Source: Gemmatimonadaceae bacterium
GTDB lineage: Bacteria; Gemmatimonadota; Gemmatimonadetes; Gemmatimonadales; Gemmatimonadaceae
Reading direction: 5' to 3'
Length of the DNA stretch: 64,000 nt
Assembly: GCA_051859245.1 (NCBI GenBank)
Contig: JBHYGA010000001.1
Coordinates: forward strand, 1,725,722 to 1,789,721
The notes beneath the pieces are model-generated. The model worked only from the letters and a program-made list of their open reading frames with translations, made no database searches and was not told where the DNA came from. The number at the start of each line of letters is the position of its first letter. Within the stretch, counting starts at the first letter, position 1. Below are positions 20,945 through 30,841 of this stretch, piece after piece. Both the position numbers and the translations under genes were made by a program.

Positions 20945-21457
20945 ATGCTGTACTTTGACATTCGTACGATTGAGTCCGGTGCCCAGGCCGTCGATGGCGT
21001 CCTGACCAGTACCGATTCGATTTGGGAAGAGGGCGACGTGCTCCCCACAGATGGGGTGCACGTCACCGGTCGCCTTTCGGCGGCCGGCCCGGGCCGATTT
21101 TATTTTGCAGGACAGCTCACGGGCTCCACGATCGTGGGCTGCCGACGTTGCCTGACCGATACGTCAACAGATGTGACCGATGAGGTCACGGCCTTGTTTG
21201 CGGAGCGGGATCTGGACGACGCCGAGGAAGATGACGTGTTCCCACTTGACGCGGGCGCGCGCACCATCGACCTGCGACCGGCAGTTCGGGAAGCGTGGGT
21301 GTTGGCGGTACCGGCGTTTGTCACCTGCCGGCCCGACTGTGCAGGGCTGTGTCCGATGTGTGGTGTCGACCGTAACGTGGTAACCTGTGCGTGCAGCACG
21401 AGTTCCACGGATGCGCGGTGGGATGCGTTACGCGCGTTGCGCGATTCGTCGTCTTGA
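20945..21457 (+). CDS. yceD: DUF177/YceD family protein
   Basis: CRRCL and CRPDCAGLCPMCG motifs, DARWDAL tail, directly upstream of rpmF; start could be 20921. Confidence 0.88.
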   Translation: MLYFDIRTIESGAQAVDGVLTSTDSIWEEGDVLPTDGVHVTGRLSAAGPGRFYFAGQLTGSTIVGCRRCLTDTSTDVTDEVTALFAERDLDDAEEDDVFPLDAGARTIDLRPAVREAWVLAVPAFVTCRPDCAGLCPMCGVDRNVVTCACSTSSTDARWDALRALRDSSS

Positions 21458-21493
21458 TCCGCTGTTCTTCGATCTTTTTTCCAGGGTTTTCCC

Positions 21494-21676
21494 ATGGCCG
21501 TACCAAAGCGCCGCACCTCAAAGCGCAAAAAGCGCGCGCGCAACACGCACAAGATCGCGCCGGCGATCGTGATCCAGACGTGCCCGCAGTGCGGCACGAT
21601 GAAGCGCCCCCACCGCGTGTGCCTGGAGTGCGGGTACTATGCCGGTGAGCAGCGAGTGGCCGCTCAGGAAGCGTAA
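21494..21676 (+). CDS. rpmF: 50S ribosomal protein L32 (Zn-ribbon type)
   Basis: MAVPKRRTSK...CPQCG..KRPHRVC..CGYY. Confidence 0.97.
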   Translation: MAVPKRRTSKRKKRARNTHKIAPAIVIQTCPQCGTMKRPHRVCLECGYYAGEQRVAAQEA

Positions 21677-21679
21677 GTC

Positions 21680-22726
21680 TTGGCGCGCATCTGCGTGGAT
21701 GCCATGGGGGGAGATTTTGCCCCTCAGGCCCCCGTGGCGGGCGCGCTTCTGGCGCTCGCGGAGCTGCCGGCCCCTCTCGAGATTCAGCTCGTCGGTCCGA
21801 CGGCTGTCATAGAATCGCAACTCGCTGCCCTCGTGGCCGGCGAGTTGGCGTCGCTTGCGCATCTGCGCGATCGCATCGTCATTGTGGAAGCGCCGGACGT
21901 CGTGAGCATGACCGACAAGCCGGCCGCCGTGCTGCGCAGCAAGCCGAATAGCTCCATGTCGGTAGGGCTGCGACGCGTCGCCGAAGGCCAGGCGGACGCG
22001 TTTGTGTCCGCCGGAAACACGGGCGCGCAAATGGCCGCGTCCACGGTGTTGCTCAAGCTGCACGCGGGACTCACGCGGCCGGCGATCGGCACGATCTTTC
22101 CCACGGCACACCAGCCCGTATTGGTGCTGGACTCTGGCGCGAACGTGGATTGCTCCGCGCTTGAACTCGTGCAGTTCGCGCGCATTGGCGCCACGTACGC
22201 GCAGGATTTGCTTGGTCGCGCGACGCCGGCCATCGGCTTGCTGTCCATTGGTGAAGAGCCGGAGAAGGGCAACGCCGTGGTGAAAGAGGCGCATCAGTTG
22301 TTGCTGCAGTCCGGGCTCAACTTTATTGGCAATGTGGAAGGGCGCGACATGGCCACTGGCACCTGTGATCGCGGGCCAATCGATGTGGTCGTGTGCGACG
22401 GATTTGTTGGCAACGTGCTGCTCAAGTTCTACGAAGCGCTCGCGCCTACGCTTATTGGCATGGTCGCATCACACGCCGGCCTTGATCGCAAGGAACTGCG
22501 CCGCGGTCTGCATCAGCTCGACGCCGACGAGTACGGCGGCGCACCGCTCCTCGGTGTCAACGGCGTCAGCATCATCTCTCACGGCAAGAGCTCGCCCAAA
22601 GCGATCAAAAATGCGATTCGTGTCGCGCAGCGCGCGCACGATTCCGATATGACGGCGCACATTCGTCGTCGGCTTGCCGACACTGTTCCGAACAGCACCA
22701 CCGCCCCGACGGGAACTGCCGCGTGA
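21680..22726 (+). CDS. plsX: Phosphate acyltransferase PlsX
   Basis: VDAMGGDFAP, SAGNTGA, LDSGANVD, GEEPEKG, CDGFVGN, HGKS. Confidence 0.96.
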   Translation: MARICVDAMGGDFAPQAPVAGALLALAELPAPLEIQLVGPTAVIESQLAALVAGELASLAHLRDRIVIVEAPDVVSMTDKPAAVLRSKPNSSMSVGLRRVAEGQADAFVSAGNTGAQMAASTVLLKLHAGLTRPAIGTIFPTAHQPVLVLDSGANVDCSALELVQFARIGATYAQDLLGRATPAIGLLSIGEEPEKGNAVVKEAHQLLLQSGLNFIGNVEGRDMATGTCDRGPIDVVVCDGFVGNVLLKFYEALAPTLIGMVASHAGLDRKELRRGLHQLDADEYGGAPLLGVNGVSIISHGKSSPKAIKNAIRVAQRAHDSDMTAHIRRRLADTVPNSTTAPTGTAA

Positions 22727-23733
22727 AGCGTCCTATCGCCTACATCGCCGGCACGGGTTACGCCGTGCCGCGCCGCGCCGTCACGAACGACGATCTGGCC
22801 AAGAACGGCCTCGATACCAACGACGCGTGGATTCGTGAGCGGACCGGTATCGGACAACGCTATGTGTCCGATCCCGACGAAACACTCACGCATTTGTCCG
22901 CTGCCGCGTCGCGCATCGCGATGGCGGAGGCCGGCGTGTCAGCCGGTGAAATCGATGTCATTGTGCTCGGCACGGCGACACCCGATCACTTGTTGCCGGC
23001 GACAGCCGTGGAAGTGCAGGCGGCGCTTGGTGCCGGCCGAGCCATGGCGTTCGATCTCGGCGCGGCGTGCAGCGGCTGGTTGTACAGCGCGCAGGTTGCC
23101 GAAGGATTGATCGCGACGGGCATGGCAAAAACCGTACTCGTGATCGGCGCCGAAGTGCTGAGCACGATTGTCGACTGGACCGATCGTAACACGTGTGTGC
23201 TGTTTGGCGATGGTGCAGGCGCCACCATTATTCGCAGCACAAAAACGTTGCCCAAAGGCGACACACGCGAGCGTGGCATTCTGTCGAGCTACGGCCGCAG
23301 CGACGGCAACTTGTTCAATCTGTTGTGGCGACCGGCCGGGGGCGTGGCCGAACCATTCAGTGACAAGGTGTACGAAGAACGCAGACAGTATGTGCGCATG
23401 GAAGGACGTGAAGTGTTCAAACACGCCGTACGCTCCATGGCCGATGCCACCGATCGCGCGCTCGACATGGCCAAGCTCACGCCAGCCGACATCGATCTTG
23501 TCATTCCGCATCAGGCGAACATGCGCATCATCGAAGCCACGGCGAAACACGCCGGCATTGATATGTCGCGCTTTTTTGTAAACGTCGATCGATTTGGCAA
23601 TACATCCGCTGCGTCGATTCCGATTGCGTTGGCCGACGCGCGATCGCAGGGACTTGTTCCGGAAGGCACGTTGGTTTTGTTCGCCGCGTTCGGCGCTGGC
23701 TTTACGTGGGGCTCGCTGGTAGTGCGCTTCTGA
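22723..23733 (+). CDS. fabH: Beta-ketoacyl-ACP synthase III
   Basis: AACSG (catalytic Cys), FGDGAGA, PHQAN, GNTSAAS. Confidence 0.96.
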   Translation: MKRPIAYIAGTGYAVPRRAVTNDDLAKNGLDTNDAWIRERTGIGQRYVSDPDETLTHLSAAASRIAMAEAGVSAGEIDVIVLGTATPDHLLPATAVEVQAALGAGRAMAFDLGAACSGWLYSAQVAEGLIATGMAKTVLVIGAEVLSTIVDWTDRNTCVLFGDGAGATIIRSTKTLPKGDTRERGILSSYGRSDGNLFNLLWRPAGGVAEPFSDKVYEERRQYVRMEGREVFKHAVRSMADATDRALDMAKLTPADIDLVIPHQANMRIIEATAKHAGIDMSRFFVNVDRFGNTSAASIPIALADARSQGLVPEGTLVLFAAFGAGFTWGSLVVRF

Positions 23734-23777
23734 GCGCACGCCTCGACGCTTCTCTAACGATCTGAGGTAGGCACTGC

Positions 23778-24740
23778 ATGGATATTGTACTGCTGCTTCC
23801 GGGGCAGGGCTCGCAGAAAGTTGGCATGGGACGCGATCTGTTTGACGCGTCGTCGGCCGCGCGCGATGCCTTCGAGACGGTTGATCAGGCCACAGGCGCT
23901 CCCATTTCCTCGCTCGCGTTCGAAGGGCCGGCCGACGAACTCACGCGTACACTGAACGCACAGCCTGCGCTCCTGGCGCACAGCGCTGCCGTGTGGGCGA
24001 TGGTTGGTGACGCGCTGTCACCATTCGTGCGCGCGGCCGCCGGTCACTCGCTTGGCGAGTTTTCGGCGTATCACGTGGCCGGTGCGTTTGACCTGGCTAA
24101 CGCGGCGCGCGTTGTGCGTCGTCGCGGTGAGCTGATGTTTGAAACGGGCCGGTCGCGACCGGGCGCGATGTCGGCGATTGTTGGCCACATGTCGCAATCC
24201 ATCAACGATATCTGCGAGCAGGCTACGCGCGAATCGGCGCTGGTGGTCCCGGCTAATTTCAACAGCCCGGAGCAAGTCGTCATTTCCGGTGAACCGTCGG
24301 GTGTAGAACGCGCCAGCGAACTTGCCAAAGCGGCCGGTGCAAAACGCGCGTTGCCACTCCCGGTCAGTGGTGCGTTTCATTCGCCGCTCATGGAACCGGC
24401 AGTTGCCGGACTGCGCGCCGTGCTCGAAAGCGCGCACATGCACGATCCGAACATTCCGATATTTGCGAATGTTGACGGCACCGCCGTGACATCGGCCGCG
24501 GCGGCGCTACCGCTGCTCGTGCAGCAACTCACGGCGCCCGTGCAATGGACCACCGTGATGCAGAACCTCGCGCACACGTACCCGGACGCGCTGTTCGTTG
24601 AACTCGGCACCGGCAGTGTGTTGTCGGGCCTCGCGCGTCGCATCGCTCCAGAAATCAAAACGATGAGCGTCGGCACGCTTCCCGACGTGGAGAAACTGCT
24701 CGAACTGTGCGCGTCCATGGGAGCCACGCATGCGCATTGA
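23778..24740 (+). CDS. fabD: Malonyl-CoA:ACP transacylase
   Basis: PGQGSQ, GHSLGE, SGAFHS. Confidence 0.96.
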   Translation: MDIVLLLPGQGSQKVGMGRDLFDASSAARDAFETVDQATGAPISSLAFEGPADELTRTLNAQPALLAHSAAVWAMVGDALSPFVRAAAGHSLGEFSAYHVAGAFDLANAARVVRRRGELMFETGRSRPGAMSAIVGHMSQSINDICEQATRESALVVPANFNSPEQVVISGEPSGVERASELAKAAGAKRALPLPVSGAFHSPLMEPAVAGLRAVLESAHMHDPNIPIFANVDGTAVTSAAAALPLLVQQLTAPVQWTTVMQNLAHTYPDALFVELGTGSVLSGLARRIAPEIKTMSVGTLPDVEKLLELCASMGATHAH

Positions 24741-25479
24741 TCTCACGGGCCGCGTGGCACTCGTCACCGGATCCACGCGCGGTATTGGCCGTGCAATTGC
24801 CGAAACATTGGCCGCCGCGGGCGCGCACGTTGCCGTAACGGGTCGTGACGCACCGCGTGCGGAAGCGGCCGCCGCAGAAATCGCGGCCGCGCACGGCGTC
24901 ACGGCGCGTGGTTACGCTGCCGACGTGGGCGAGGTGGCGCAGTGTACCGCGCTCATCGAACACGTGGAACGCGATTTCGGCCAGCTCGACATTCTCGTCA
25001 ACAATGCGGGCCTCACGCGCGACAATCTCATTATGCGTCTCAAGGACGATGACTGGGACGCCGTGATCAACACCAACTTGCGCGGCGCCTTCGCCACCTG
25101 TCGCGCGGCAAGTCGCGGCATGATGAAGCGTCGCAGCGGCCGCATCGTGAATCTGGCTAGCGTGGTCGGCCTGATGGGCAACAAGGGCCAGACCAACTAT
25201 GCCGCGAGCAAGGCCGGCTTGATCGGCTTGACGAAATCACTGGCCAAAGAGCTGGGTTCGCGCGGCGTGCTCGCCAATGTTGTCGCACCGGGGTACATCG
25301 CGACAGACATGACGGCAGCGCTGCCAGACGATGCCAAGGCGGCGTTGTCGGCCAGTATTCCGCTGGAGCGACTGGGCACGCCGCAGGACATCGCCGGAAT
25401 GGTGGCGTTCCTTGTCTCCGATCAGGCCTCGTACATCACGGGACAGGTGTTCGTGGTGGACGGCGGCCTCGCCATGTAG
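24730..25479 (+). CDS. fabG: 3-oxoacyl-ACP reductase
   Basis: TGSTRGIG, NNAGLTRD, NYAASKAG; position in fab cluster. Confidence 0.96.
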   Translation: MRIDLTGRVALVTGSTRGIGRAIAETLAAAGAHVAVTGRDAPRAEAAAAEIAAAHGVTARGYAADVGEVAQCTALIEHVERDFGQLDILVNNAGLTRDNLIMRLKDDDWDAVINTNLRGAFATCRAASRGMMKRRSGRIVNLASVVGLMGNKGQTNYAASKAGLIGLTKSLAKELGSRGVLANVVAPGYIATDMTAALPDDAKAALSASIPLERLGTPQDIAGMVAFLVSDQASYITGQVFVVDGGLAM

Positions 25480-25584
25480 TCGCCCAAAGCGGGCATCAAA
25501 GCACCTTTACACCTCCCTCAGACGCTGCTCTGAGACTAACTTTCCGCGTTCACCTTCCTGTCACATACACGAGGAACCGTTCCC

Positions 25585-25824
25585 ATGGCGGAGCACGAAG
25601 CGAAGATCAAGGACATCATCCAGAAGGAACTCGGCGTCGAACTCGAGAAGCTCACGCCTGAGGCCAGCTTCATTGAAGATCTGGGTGCTGATTCGCTCGA
25701 CATCGTCGAACTCGTGATGGAGTTCGAGAAGGAATTCAACATCGACATTCCGGATGAAGATGCTGAGAAGTTGCGCACGGTCGGCGACGCCATCGCTTAT
25801 CTCGAGGCGAAGGTCGCTGGTTGA
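25585..25824 (+). CDS. acpP: Acyl carrier protein
   Basis: [21 protein letters not shown]. Confidence 0.97.
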   Translation: MAEHEAKIKDIIQKELGVELEKLTPEASFIEDLGADSLDIVELVMEFEKEFNIDIPDEDAEKLRTVGDAIAYLEAKVAG

Positions 25825-27065
25825 TGCGAAGACGGGTCGTCGTCACGGGACTGGGAGCCGTCACGCCCGTCGGTAACGACGTGGCGACGACCTGGCAGGG
25901 TTTGCTCGATGGCGTGTCAGGCGCCGCACCAATCACGCACTTTGACGCCTCGGATTTTTCGGTGCGTTTCGCGTGTGAGGTCAAAGGATTTGACCCGCTC
26001 CTTGCAATGGATCGCAAGGAAGCGCGTCGCTCCGACTTGTACACACAGTACGCGATGGCCGCATCCGTGCAGGCCATGGTCGACGCGGGCCTCGACGGCG
26101 GCGGCTACGATCCCAATCAGACCGGCGTCATTATCGGTTCCGGCATTGGTGGCATCCGTACGCTCGAAGAACAGCACGACATGCTGCGCGATCGTGGTCC
26201 GAGCAAGATCTCGGCGTTCTTCGTACCCATGTTCATTTCCGACATCGCGGCCGGCGTAGTCTCCATGCGTTACAACGCACGCGGACCAAACTTTGCCACC
26301 GTGTCGGCGTGCGCCACAGGCGGTCACGCCATCGGCACCGCGTTCCGGACCATTCAGTACGGAGACGCAGACGTCATGATTGCCGGCGGTTCCGAAGCGG
26401 CGGTCTCGCCCATGGCCATTGGCGGCTTTGCCAACATGACCGCGCTGTCCACACGCAATGACGACCCGGCGCGTGCATCCCGGCCGTTCGATGCGCAGCG
26501 TGACGGATTTGTGCTCGGCGAAGGCGCTGGCGTTCTCATTCTTGAGGAGCTCGGCCACGCCCAGCGCCGCGGCGCACGCATTTACGGCGAAATCATCGGC
26601 TACGGTGCCACCGGAGACGCGTATCATCTCACCGGACAGCGCGAAGATCACGAAGGGCTGCAGCGCGCCATGCGACGCGCCATCGAAGACGGTGGCATCG
26701 CGCCGAGCGACGTGCAGTACGTGAACGCGCACGGCACGTCCACACCGCTAAATGACCCGAACGAAACGCGCGCCATTCGCGCCGTGTTTGGCGAGCACGC
26801 GGATGTGCTAACGGTGAGCTCCACCAAGTCGTGCCACGGTCACATGCTCGGCGCCACCGCGGCGGTCGAAATGGTTGCCTGTGCGCTGGCGCTGCGCGAT
26901 CAGGTGGTGCCACCTACGATCAATCAGGAGACTCGGGATCCAGAGTGCGATCTCGACTATTCTCCTAATGTGCCCACGCGCCGCGAGCTGGAAATCGCCA
27001 TCAGCAACAGCTCGGGTTTTGGTGGGCACAATACCACGCTCGCCCTCAGACGCTGGCACGACTGA
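25824..27065 (+). CDS. fabF: Beta-ketoacyl-ACP synthase II
   Basis: VVVTGLG, SACATG, SRPFD, NAHGTST, GFGGHN; ATG overlaps acpP stop. Confidence 0.96.
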   Translation: MRRRVVVTGLGAVTPVGNDVATTWQGLLDGVSGAAPITHFDASDFSVRFACEVKGFDPLLAMDRKEARRSDLYTQYAMAASVQAMVDAGLDGGGYDPNQTGVIIGSGIGGIRTLEEQHDMLRDRGPSKISAFFVPMFISDIAAGVVSMRYNARGPNFATVSACATGGHAIGTAFRTIQYGDADVMIAGGSEAAVSPMAIGGFANMTALSTRNDDPARASRPFDAQRDGFVLGEGAGVLILEELGHAQRRGARIYGEIIGYGATGDAYHLTGQREDHEGLQRAMRRAIEDGGIAPSDVQYVNAHGTSTPLNDPNETRAIRAVFGEHADVLTVSSTKSCHGHMLGATAAVEMVACALALRDQVVPPTINQETRDPECDLDYSPNVPTRRELEIAISNSSGFGGHNTTLALRRWHD

Positions 27066-27122
27066 TCGCGCGCGATGTCCACGCGGCGCGCGCTTTGCGC
27101 CGCGGCTCTTGGGGAGTATCGC

Positions 27123-28325
27123 ATGCCGCAGGTTGTTGACTTCGATCTAACCAAACTTCGGGATCCGGCGCTTCGGCCCATTGGCGAGAAGCTGCGCCGC
27201 GGCGAGCGCCTGACCGAGGCCGACGGCGTGACGTTGTTCCGCTCGCCTGATCTGCTCGGCGTTGGCAGTATGGCCGACGCCGCGAATCGAGCGCGTCACG
27301 GTGACCAGGTCACGTTCGCCGCGAATCAGCACATCAACCCCACGAACATTTGCGTGCTGCGCAAGACGTGTGTGTTCTGTGGCTACGCGCGTCTGCCCAA
27401 GGAAGCCGGCGCGTATCGTTATTCGCTTGAGCAGGTGATGGCCGAAGCAGAACAGGCGGCCAACGGGATCACGCGCGAGTTTCACATTGTGGGTGGTCTC
27501 GATATGCAGACGGGTCTCGAGTACTACACCACCATGTTTCGTGCGCTCAAGGCGAAACTGCCGCATGTGCACATCAAGGCGCTCACGGCGGTCGAGATTG
27601 CGCACATCGCGCGCATTGAAAAAATGTCGTGGGCCGATGTGCTGATCGCGCTGCGTGAAGCCGGCCTCGATACGATGCCAGGCGGCGGCGCCGAAACGTT
27701 CAGCGAAGCCGTGCGCGACGAGATCGCCGACAAGAAGCTTGGCGGCGCCGACTACATCGGCGTGCATCGCACGGCGCACACGCTCGGTATTCGCACAAAC
27801 TGCACCATGCTCTATGGTCATGTGGAAACGATCGAAGACCGCATGGCGCACTTGAAAATGCTGCGTGATCTGCAGGACGAAACGGGCGGGTTTCTTGCCT
27901 ATATTCCGCTCGCCTACCATCCGGATGACAACGCGCTCGGCGAGAAGTTGGGCCGAAAGGGTACGTCGTCTACCGGCTTTGATGATCTGCGCAACCTTGC
28001 CGTAGGCCGTTTGTATCTCGACAACATCGAGCACATCAAGTCGCACTGGATCATGGTCACGCCGTTTGTCACACAGACCGCGTTGCACTTTGGCGTGAAC
28101 GACATTGAAGGCACCGTGGTGCGCGAGAAGATCTATCACGCGGTGGGCGCAACGACACCGCAGGGTATGACACTGCCCGCGTTGTTGTCACTCATTCGTG
28201 GTGCGGGCAAGGTACCGGCGGAGCGCGATTCGTTCTACAAAGTGCTGCGCGTGTTTGGCCCCGAAGACACGGGTTCAACTGACGGTGCTGATACCGGCGC
28301 CGCCACCGAACTCGCGACCGCGTAA
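27123..28325 (+). CDS. mqnE: Aminofutalosine synthase MqnE (CofH-like radical SAM)
   Basis: HINPTNIC....CVFC, EFHIVGG, HIKALTAVEI, PGGGAE, IPLAYHP, HIKSHW, GTVVREKIYH; GGGGAG RBS before ATG 27123; next to mqnA and mqnC. Confidence 0.88.
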   Translation: MPQVVDFDLTKLRDPALRPIGEKLRRGERLTEADGVTLFRSPDLLGVGSMADAANRARHGDQVTFAANQHINPTNICVLRKTCVFCGYARLPKEAGAYRYSLEQVMAEAEQAANGITREFHIVGGLDMQTGLEYYTTMFRALKAKLPHVHIKALTAVEIAHIARIEKMSWADVLIALREAGLDTMPGGGAETFSEAVRDEIADKKLGGADYIGVHRTAHTLGIRTNCTMLYGHVETIEDRMAHLKMLRDLQDETGGFLAYIPLAYHPDDNALGEKLGRKGTSSTGFDDLRNLAVGRLYLDNIEHIKSHWIMVTPFVTQTALHFGVNDIEGTVVREKIYHAVGATTPQGMTLPALLSLIRGAGKVPAERDSFYKVLRVFGPEDTGSTDGADTGAATELATA

Positions 28326-28337
28326 CCGAGGCAGATC

Positions 28338-29186
28338 GTGCTGCGCATTGGACGCATTCCGTATATCAACTGTTATCCCGTGTACGGGGCCATTGATCGT
28401 GGCCTCGTCGCACTCGATGGCGAGTTGGTGAACGGCGTACCCACGGCGCTGAATGATCGCATGTCGCGTGGCGATCTGGATCTGAGTGTGGTGTCAGCTG
28501 TGGAGTACGCACGTGATGCACAGCGCTATCTGTTGCTCCCGGAACTTGCGATTTCGTGCGATGGCCCGGTGCAAAGTGTGATGCTGTTCAGTCGCAAACC
28601 AGCCGCTGACCTGAGCGGTGCGCGTGTGCTGGTCAGTCGCAGCAGTCTCACGAGTGTGAACTTGCTCGAGTTGTTGTTCACGCACGTGTGGAAAGCGCGC
28701 CCGGAGTTTGTACCGGGAGACGCGGAAATGGGCGACATCGCACGCTTTGCTGAAGAGCCGCACGACGCACGACTGGTCATTGGAGACGCGGCGCTGCGTT
28801 TGCACGATGCAGCCGAGCAGGATGGACCATGGCCCGCGATGTACCCATATCGCTACGATCTGGGCGACGTGTGGAAATCATGGACCGGGTTGCCGTTCGT
28901 GTTTGCCGTCTGGGTCGCGCAGCGGAGCACACCAGTGCACGCGAGCATGGCCGCCCACGCGTCGCTGCTCGCCTCGCGCGACTGGGGGCTCAACAACTTG
29001 CCCACGCTCGCGGAGCAGGCGGCTGCTTCAAGTGGCGTAGGGCGCGATCGCTGTCTCGATTATCTTTCGGGATTGGACTATCGCCTGTCGTATCCGCACC
29101 TGGCTGGTCTCACCGAGTTTTTCAGACGGCTGGTGGTCGCGGGACGTGTTCCCGACGGTTCACTGGCTTTCCTCCCGGCAGCTTGA
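28338..29186 (+). CDS. mqnA: Chorismate dehydratase MqnA (menaquinone biosynthesis, DUF178)
   Basis: RIGRIPYINCYP, G.PTALN, SCDGPVQSV, LVIGDAAL, DLG..W..WTGLPFVFAVW. Confidence 0.9.
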   Translation: MLRIGRIPYINCYPVYGAIDRGLVALDGELVNGVPTALNDRMSRGDLDLSVVSAVEYARDAQRYLLLPELAISCDGPVQSVMLFSRKPAADLSGARVLVSRSSLTSVNLLELLFTHVWKARPEFVPGDAEMGDIARFAEEPHDARLVIGDAALRLHDAAEQDGPWPAMYPYRYDLGDVWKSWTGLPFVFAVWVAQRSTPVHASMAAHASLLASRDWGLNNLPTLAEQAAASSGVGRDRCLDYLSGLDYRLSYPHLAGLTEFFRRLVVAGRVPDGSLAFLPAA

Positions 29187-29207
29187 TGGCTGCCATCGGA
29201 GTTTTGC

Positions 29208-30260
29208 ATGCGTGACTTGCTCGATTTCTACACGAACGCACCGTTGCTCGAACTCGGCCTTGAGGCCGATCGTCGGCGCGAAGCGCTGCATCCACATGGT
29301 GTGGTCACGTACATCGTAGACCGCAACATCAACTACACCAACGTGTGTGTGGCCGACTGCGGCTTCTGCGCGTTCTATCGTCGTCCCAAACACGGCGAAG
29401 GCTACACGCTGTCGTTCGAACAGATCGGCGAAAAAATCGAAGAAACGAAAGCATTGGGCGGGCAGCAGATTCTCATTCAGGGCGGGCACAATCCGTACAT
29501 CCCGTTTGAGTGGTATCTCGATTTGCTGCGCTACATCAAAACGTACCACCCCATTCACATCCACGGATTTTCGCCCAGCGAAGTCGATTTTTTTGCGACA
29601 CGCTTTCGCATGGATGCCACCGATGTGATTCGTGAGCTGCAGCAGGCGGGGCTCAACTCCATTCCCGGCGGCGGCGGCGAGATTCTGGTGCAGCGCGTGC
29701 GTGATCAGGTCGCCCCGAAAAAGGCCGGCGCTGATCGCTGGTTGGAGATCATGGAGTTGGCGCATGCGGCCGGCATGAAAACGTCGGTCACCATGATGTA
29801 CGGCATTGGTGAAACGCTGGCCGAACGCATTGAGCATTTGCAGCGTGTGCGCGAAGTGCAGGCGCGCACCGGCGGATTCACGGCGTTCATCTGCTGGCCG
29901 CTGCAGCCGGAGAACACGCCCACCTTGTCGCACATGCCACGCACTGATTCGCAGGAGTATCTGCGCACGGTAGCCATCTCGCGCATTGTGCTCGATAACG
30001 TGCCCAACTTGCAGTCGAGCTGGGTCACGATGGGCATGAAGGTGGGCCAGATGGCGCTGCGGTTTGGCTGCAATGACTTTGGGTCGCTCATGATCGAAGA
30101 GAATGTGGTGTCGGCGGCGAATACGACGCATCGCACCACCACCGACGAGATCGAGCACCTGATTGTTGACGCCGGCTTCACGCCTGCGCGTCGTCGTCAG
30201 GATTACAGCATCTTGCCGGGGCAGAGCGCCGCGGTTCCCGCCGCAAGCGCAGCGGCGTGA
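29208..30260 (+). CDS. mqnC: Cyclic dehypoxanthine futalosine synthase MqnC (radical SAM)
   Basis: VTYIVDRNINYTNVCVADCGFCAFYR, QGGHNP, HGFSPSE, QSSWVT, DFGSLMIEENVVSAA. Confidence 0.92.
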   Translation: MRDLLDFYTNAPLLELGLEADRRREALHPHGVVTYIVDRNINYTNVCVADCGFCAFYRRPKHGEGYTLSFEQIGEKIEETKALGGQQILIQGGHNPYIPFEWYLDLLRYIKTYHPIHIHGFSPSEVDFFATRFRMDATDVIRELQQAGLNSIPGGGGEILVQRVRDQVAPKKAGADRWLEIMELAHAAGMKTSVTMMYGIGETLAERIEHLQRVREVQARTGGFTAFICWPLQPENTPTLSHMPRTDSQEYLRTVAISRIVLDNVPNLQSSWVTMGMKVGQMALRFGCNDFGSLMIEENVVSAANTTHRTTTDEIEHLIVDAGFTPARRRQDYSILPGQSAAVPAASAAA

Positions 30261-30314
30261 CGTGCACGCTGATTCGATTGCGAGTGTGCGTTCATGACTG
30301 ATCGTGGCGTCGCT

Positions 30315-30794
30315 ATGCGCGTTGGTGTTGGATACGACTCGCATCGATTCGCCGAGGGCGGACCGATGCGCCTTGGAGGTATCGACGTGCCCGATGATCG
30401 CCACTGCGCCGGACACAGCGACGGGGACGCCATTTGCCACGCGGTCACCGATGCGATTCTTGGTGCGGCGGCGCTGGGTGACATTGGGGCATTGTTTCCA
30501 GACACGGATCCTGCCAATAAAAACGCAGATTCCATCGTGATGCTGGCAGCTGCGGTTGATCGTGTGCACGCAGCCGGTTGGCACATCGGGAATGTCGACG
30601 TCACCGTGATTGCCGAACGCCCGAAAATCGGACCGCACCGCAACGCCATGCGCGAACGGCTCGCCGAAACTTTGCATGTTTCAGTGGACGACGTGTTCGT
30701 GAAAGGGAAAACGAACGAACGCATGGGATGGATTGGTCGTAACGAGGGACTTGGAGTGATGGCCGTGGCCACACTCGTGCGTGCATCAGCGTAG
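30315..30794 (+). CDS. ispF: 2-C-methyl-D-erythritol 2,4-cyclodiphosphate synthase
   Basis: RVGVGYDSHRF, GHSDGDAICHA..DAILGAA.LGDIG, K.KTNE; start may be 30294. Confidence 0.95.
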   Translation: MRVGVGYDSHRFAEGGPMRLGGIDVPDDRHCAGHSDGDAICHAVTDAILGAAALGDIGALFPDTDPANKNADSIVMLAAAVDRVHAAGWHIGNVDVTVIAERPKIGPHRNAMRERLAETLHVSVDDVFVKGKTNERMGWIGRNEGLGVMAVATLVRASA

Positions 30795-30841
30795 GGTGAC
30801 CAGCACGCGTTGTTCGCGGCGCGCGCCAGGCTGAAAGACTC

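Noticed and set aside
27054..27070. Sigma54 promoter TGGCACG before mqnE
   Set aside because: The GC falls one base off the required -24/-12 spacing, TTGC is absent, and the motif lies in fabF coding sequence
27123..30260. The two radical SAM genes as CofG/CofH (F420) or a novel RiPP system
   Set aside because: Motifs and the intervening mqnA identify them as MqnE and MqnC; no precursor peptide seen
29160..30677. Long antisense ORFs (also 577-1854, 13824-14951, 39026-40342, 61682-62701 and others)
   Set aside because: Shadow frames of well-conserved genes in high-GC DNA with no recognisable motifs
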